Below the pieces are notes generated by a model. It was not told where the DNA came from. It ran no database searches and worked only from the letters and a program-made list of their open reading frames with translations. Of a DNA stretch of 64,000 bases, positions 30,401 to 36,400 are shown piece after piece. How positions within the stretch are numbered: position 1 is the first letter of the stretch; each line of letters starts with the position of its first letter. Source of the DNA: an uncultured Clostridia bacterium (lineage in GTDB: Bacteria; Bacillota; Clostridia; Christensenellales; UBA1242); NCBI GenBank assembly GCA_944384465.1, contig CALWTK010000030.1, positions 1,942 through 65,941 of the forward strand, in the 5' to 3' direction. A program made the position numbers and the translations under genes.

Positions 30401-33400
30401 GCCGTTGGTGGTAGATTTTATTTGTGCACCTGTAGAATATGGATTTGTTGAGTTGTCTGTATCCGCTCCTTTTACATAGCTATACGAAATTTTACCACTA
30501 TTTTCACCAACAAATCCAGCTGTCATGCTGTATCTGGTAGATAGCCCTTCTGGTGCGGTAGAATAGTTGACTAAGCTGGTGTTTGATACAAATGAACTTG
30601 CAATCGTTCCCGTATTTACTCCCACGAATCCGCCTGTAACTGCCACAAAGCCTTGTCCACCTTCGCTAGCGGTCGTGTCTCCTACTATGAATTGCAATGC
30701 ACCCCCCGTCACATAGCTTGTGCTCTCGCTATATTCATCCGCAGTTATGCGTGTATAACCATCTTTGCCTACACGTGAATTGGTGATTATTCCACTGTTG
30801 TTTCCTACCAATCCACCGAATGTCACATTGACATCACTGCTGTTGTCTACAACAATGTTGATAGTTTTTGTAGACGCAGACAAATTCATCACGTCACAGT
30901 TATAGATCAAAGCACCATTGTTGTTCGCGACAAGTCCACCGAATGTGATATCCGTGATGTCGTTCTGTGTCAGAAGTAATTTTCCATTATTTACAGTATT
31001 AAATTCGCTATAATCTACAATGATATTTTTCAAAATCGTAGATTGTGTATTGCCGTTAGCATCTTGATAGGTTGAGATGTTGCCAAATAGGCCATATTCT
31101 GTGCGGTCAGTGGATATAGCAAAACTTCTGATCTTGATCACTCTGTTGTTGCCATCAAAGCTTGCGATATTCACACTGATTGGAACGAGATTATCAATCG
31201 TTATGTCGTCCATCAAAATATAGTCAAGCCCTTCACCTAGCAGACATTCTCCGGTATCAGGGTCAAATATCTGATCAACCGAATAGATAGGAATTGCATG
31301 TTCTTCTGTTGTGCTGACATTTATATTCAAAGTGAAACTGAAATTCATAGTGTATGACAGTGAATTGCTCGACATCAAACCGAACTTCAACTCGTACTTG
31401 TCTCCATTGAGGATATATCCATAATGAACTTCAAAATTGATCGTGCTGCTAAAGCCTTCCGTCCCTCTTATTGTCAACCTGTCATCCACAATATTCACCA
31501 CAAATTCTGGATGAGCATTGTTGTTGCTAAAGTAGATGACTTCACCATTATCATTTGTGTAATAGAATAGTTCAGCAAGATTTTCGGCGCCTATATCGGA
31601 CACCATTTTTTCATATATCTCACTAGATAGATTGTAATTTGGGTTTTGTGTCGTGAAATTGAAATCGAAGCCAACTGTTCTATCAACTGCCGTGTTCAAC
31701 ACGCCATTCGCAAGTCCGTTCAAATATGCTGAATCTGCACTCACTATATAAGGTATAGGATAGAATACCAAACTACCCTCTTCTTCACTGGTAACAAGTG
31801 AATCTTCTGTCGCCAAAGTGAGCGCTACATTCATCTTGAACGCAACAGGGATATCCGAGCTGACATTCAACATTGCAGTCATAGTGTATGAACCATCATT
31901 ATTTTCGACAACATCACTGTAGTCGTTCAACAGTCTAAAGCTCAAATAGTCACCAATCCTATATTCACGCCCGTATTCGTCATCATCTTCATCAATATTT
32001 ATTAAAATACCCTTGGTCGCACCATATTCGTATTTTGTGCTGTTTTCATCTAGAATCCACTCGAATGAGATGTTAGGATTTTGACTGAATTGATAACCAT
32101 AAATTCTAATGCTGATTTCGTTGTTGTATGTGTCTTCTTGAATCAAATATTCACTATCGCCGTCATCGCTGACACCTAGGTAATATCCATCATAGCTAAG
32201 TGACGCACCTGGCAAATATTGAGTCAACAATGTCTTTGTCACCGTTCTCACACTGTTGTTTGATGTCTCGACAGTGAGGGTCGCTCTGATAGTTGATGAC
32301 AAGCCGCTGAACATATCCATCTGAGTGTGGATATATATTCTTCCGTCATAATGATAGTTGTTATTTTCATCTATGTACGAAACTTTCCTCAAAACGATGC
32401 CACCATCAATCTGTTCGTTGCTTGGATAGATAGTTTGATATGTATTAGTGGAAGCATTGTATACCAATTGCTCAAATATTATAGACACTTCCCTATTCAA
32501 AGATGGAACAAACAATGTAGAACTTGTAAGGGTCGCAGAAACAATATTAGAGTAACTAGGCTCTAAATATACCAGCATCACGCCACCATATCCACCAGGA
32601 GAAATGATAGATGTTTCGACGTTGTTGCTGCTTATTAAATTGGTATAACTTGTACTAGGAGTGATACTTGTTGCTGTATAATTTTCGATCCTAACTGTAG
32701 ACAACTCGGTCGGAGTCAAGATCAAATTTATGCTGTCTCTAACATTCGGATTATTTGTAGAGTAGACAATGATTTCTAGCGTGATATTGCTTTCAATATA
32801 CCTATATTCAAATTCGTTCTTCAGACTCAAAGCGATGTTATAAGTATACCCCGTGATCCTGTCCTCTGTACGAATAGGTGTATACATAAACGTATAGTCA
32901 AACAAATCTACTATACTTTCTACTCTAGCATTTGCCAACAAGCTATTTAATTCGTCCTGACCATCGACGACATTCATTGTAAGTGAAATACTATCTTTAT
33001 CCACTTCTGTCAAGACAATGGTATTATCAGAAGAAGTGTAATCTACCTGTCCGCCTATGTCATCATCACGAACATAGCCGGTAGATAAATTCGCATCGAA
33101 AGCCATATTTGCATTTGTCTGCATTTTATAATCTGACCCGTCTATTTCTAGGTCGGTCGCAGACTTGTACACAATCACACGCAAACTGGTCGTCTTCAAC
33201 TCTAGCATCTGGTCTTGATTGTCTATTTGTGGATAAATAGTCTCGCCAAAATATTGTGTCAGATTCAGCATCAGTCTGAATGTCAATATCTCGCTGACTC
33301 TATCTCCCTCAAAATCATTGTTAGCGACACTGATCATGACACCATTCAATGAATTTGTATCTTCCACTGCCAAGACTGAACTTGTATTTTCTCTCACCAC

Positions 33401-36400
33401 TTCTAGCTCAACATATTGATTAATATTGGCATCAAAGATAGTGGCAAATTCCAAGTTGTCTTTAATATTTGTCGCATCCACATTCACCAATACAGAGTTT
33501 GCTCCAGTGTATGTGTATAATTCATATACTGCATTTTCTTCGTTTATTTCATATATCGAATTTGAAGTTAAAACTAATTCATTCAACCCCAGTTGAGTAT
33601 AGAAAATCACATATTCTTCCAAAGCAGAATTGAATGTTGAATAGCATCTTACAACTATAGGATTGTTCCCACTCACACCTGTGAATATGATTTGTCCGTT
33701 TGAGATGTATGCGTACGCTGACCCACGAACTATCTCATAACTCACTCCACCTTGTGAATTTGTTGGTAAGACTTCTAGGTTGATCAAACCATTTTTATCT
33801 TCGTTTTCACCCGCTGTATTTATCAAATTATATGTATTATGCCTGATATTATCTAATGGATTGTCCACACTGCTATAGTAGTTGATAATTGTCGTGCTTG
33901 TAACATTATAATCCCCCACATTAGGCTCTTCATCAATATATACAGAGCCAATAGAGATCACATAATCTTCATCAATATCTGCGCTGATATCAGTAGGTCG
34001 AATTACCATAATAGGATCTAAATTCGTGCCAGCTACTAGATATGGGAAATAGAAATTGAAGCCATAAAATGTGATATAATTCAAATCAGATTGAATTTTC
34101 CAATTTGTAGTATCATTCAACCAAGCGAGGACAAAAGTCTCCCACTCTTCAGTCTTAGTAGATGTCAAAGTATAATATGTATTATTGATATTTACTATAG
34201 TAGATGTGTTTTCCACTAATTGTTCTACATCATCCACTTCATATAATAAATAGGTATCCAATATATCAATATAGTTTTCTGTGAGAGTATAATATATCTT
34301 TGATGAGTCATATTCTGTATCGGTAGTTATCGCTAGATTTCCATCAGCGTCCGCTTCATATAAACTAACTCTGTCTTGATCCCATGTCTCATAATCAAAT
34401 ACAAAATAAGTTTGTGTTTCATCAAATTGGTTGTCCACACTTTCATCAAGTTTTGTATATACTCCATCGGTATCGATATACAACCCGCTAGCGACAAACT
34501 CATCGAAATTTTCTTCGCTCACTTCCTGCTCGAGCATGTAATCAGACAACGTTTTTGTGAAAGGCACGCTCATCGATACTTCAGTGCGTGTAATGTAGTC
34601 CGCTATGGACAGTTCATTCCAACCTATATGATAAAAATATACTGTTTCATCATCATAGATCACTGAATAATGATTTCCGTTTGTTGGACTAGCATTGATA
34701 TAGTCAGATAATAATGAAATGTAATTGTTTACTCGGCCTATATAATAAGTGTTATTTTCATTGCTGCTTGGACTTGTCAAATATATCTCGTTGGTTTGAT
34801 TTTCATATGCATTGATATTAGCGTTGACAAAAGACATGTCAATATTCGTGCCATTTAGCGAATATACAAGCCCTGCCACTCTATTAGATCTACTATTGAA
34901 AGTATAGAATATCTCATCATTATTAGTGGTGATAAAGTTTTCTATGATTGCGGTGTTCAAAGCATCCCTTTGCGATGACACAACAATACCAGCCACAATA
35001 TTGTCCCCACTCAAACTACCATTAGCAGATAGTGCATTTGAGAAGGTAACATTAGCTGACATGAAACGCACTTCGGTGATGATCGTAGCAATTGAATAGC
35101 CAACGACACCTGCAACATCCAGCCCAGAATTTAACGCACTGATATCCAACCCTAATAGTGCCACATTTTCTATACTATTTTGATATGTGATACTGCTTTC
35201 GCTAGAATTTGAAACTGATTGCCCAGCGACCCCCGCGATATAACCCAAAGCGTTTGTTATACTTGGAGAGATTCCATTCGTGATAGACAATCTTCCGCCT
35301 AAAATTATGTTGTGAATAGTCCCAGTATTCACGCCAGCCACACCACCAACATAATAATTACTGCCCACTTGTGCTGTGCTTGTGTTTACAATAGTTATAT
35401 CTACAATTATTGTATAACTGATATTGTTTAGATCAGATTTTCCAGCATAACCACCAATAATCTCGCCATTGTTGGCCCCCGCGACTGAACCAATATTATG
35501 ATCGGAGGATGAAGAAGATGTGATTTCTAGTCTAGAACTATAGATCACATTTGATGTGGTCAAATCTATATATCCATTGTTTATACCTACTACTCCACCA
35601 AAATTGATGTCTACATTTATTCTATCATAACTAAAAATTGTATTAGACGAATTCGTAGAGTTTATGTAAACGTTTACTCCCGAGATGGTCCCGTTGTTTA
35701 TACCAGCTATCGCACCTATATTTAGACTTCCATTGTCTGCTGAAGCGGTTATGCCACTAGTATTAAACGACACATTGATATCAAGGTCACTTACATCCCC
35801 GCCTTCACCAATTCTTGCAAACAATGCTGAGTAATAATTTTCACCATCTTCCACACTGGTAGACAAATTCAAAGTGATTTGATATCTAGATGTAGAAATA
35901 TTTGTTCCGTTAGAAGCAAGATTTTGTACCGTACCGCTGAGACTGCCAGTAAATTCCGATATAACTTCACCACTCAAACCTATTGGTGAAAAATCTGTAG
36001 AACTATCAATGGTTATATTGTTCCTCAGGACATAATTAGCATCCATGTCATTGATGATATTTTTCAAGTCATCCACGGATTGAATTGTATATCTATTCTG
36101 GATAGATCCATCACTTATTGATATAAATATCGAATAACTCGTTGAATATGTCCCCAACTCATCACTATATGAGTCTTTTGTGACCAAGGTCAGCATGAAT
36201 AGCCCGCCACCCATGCTCTTGCTCGCAGATATCGCAATTGTATGATTGATATTATCTATATTGACATTCAATCTTTCATTGCTAATTTGAGACAATATTA
36301 TTTTATTATTTTCATCAACTGCTATGCTTCCATCTTCATTTTGCTGTACTCTATAAAGGATATAATCCAAATCGCCAAATCTCATATTGTTTGACTCGTT

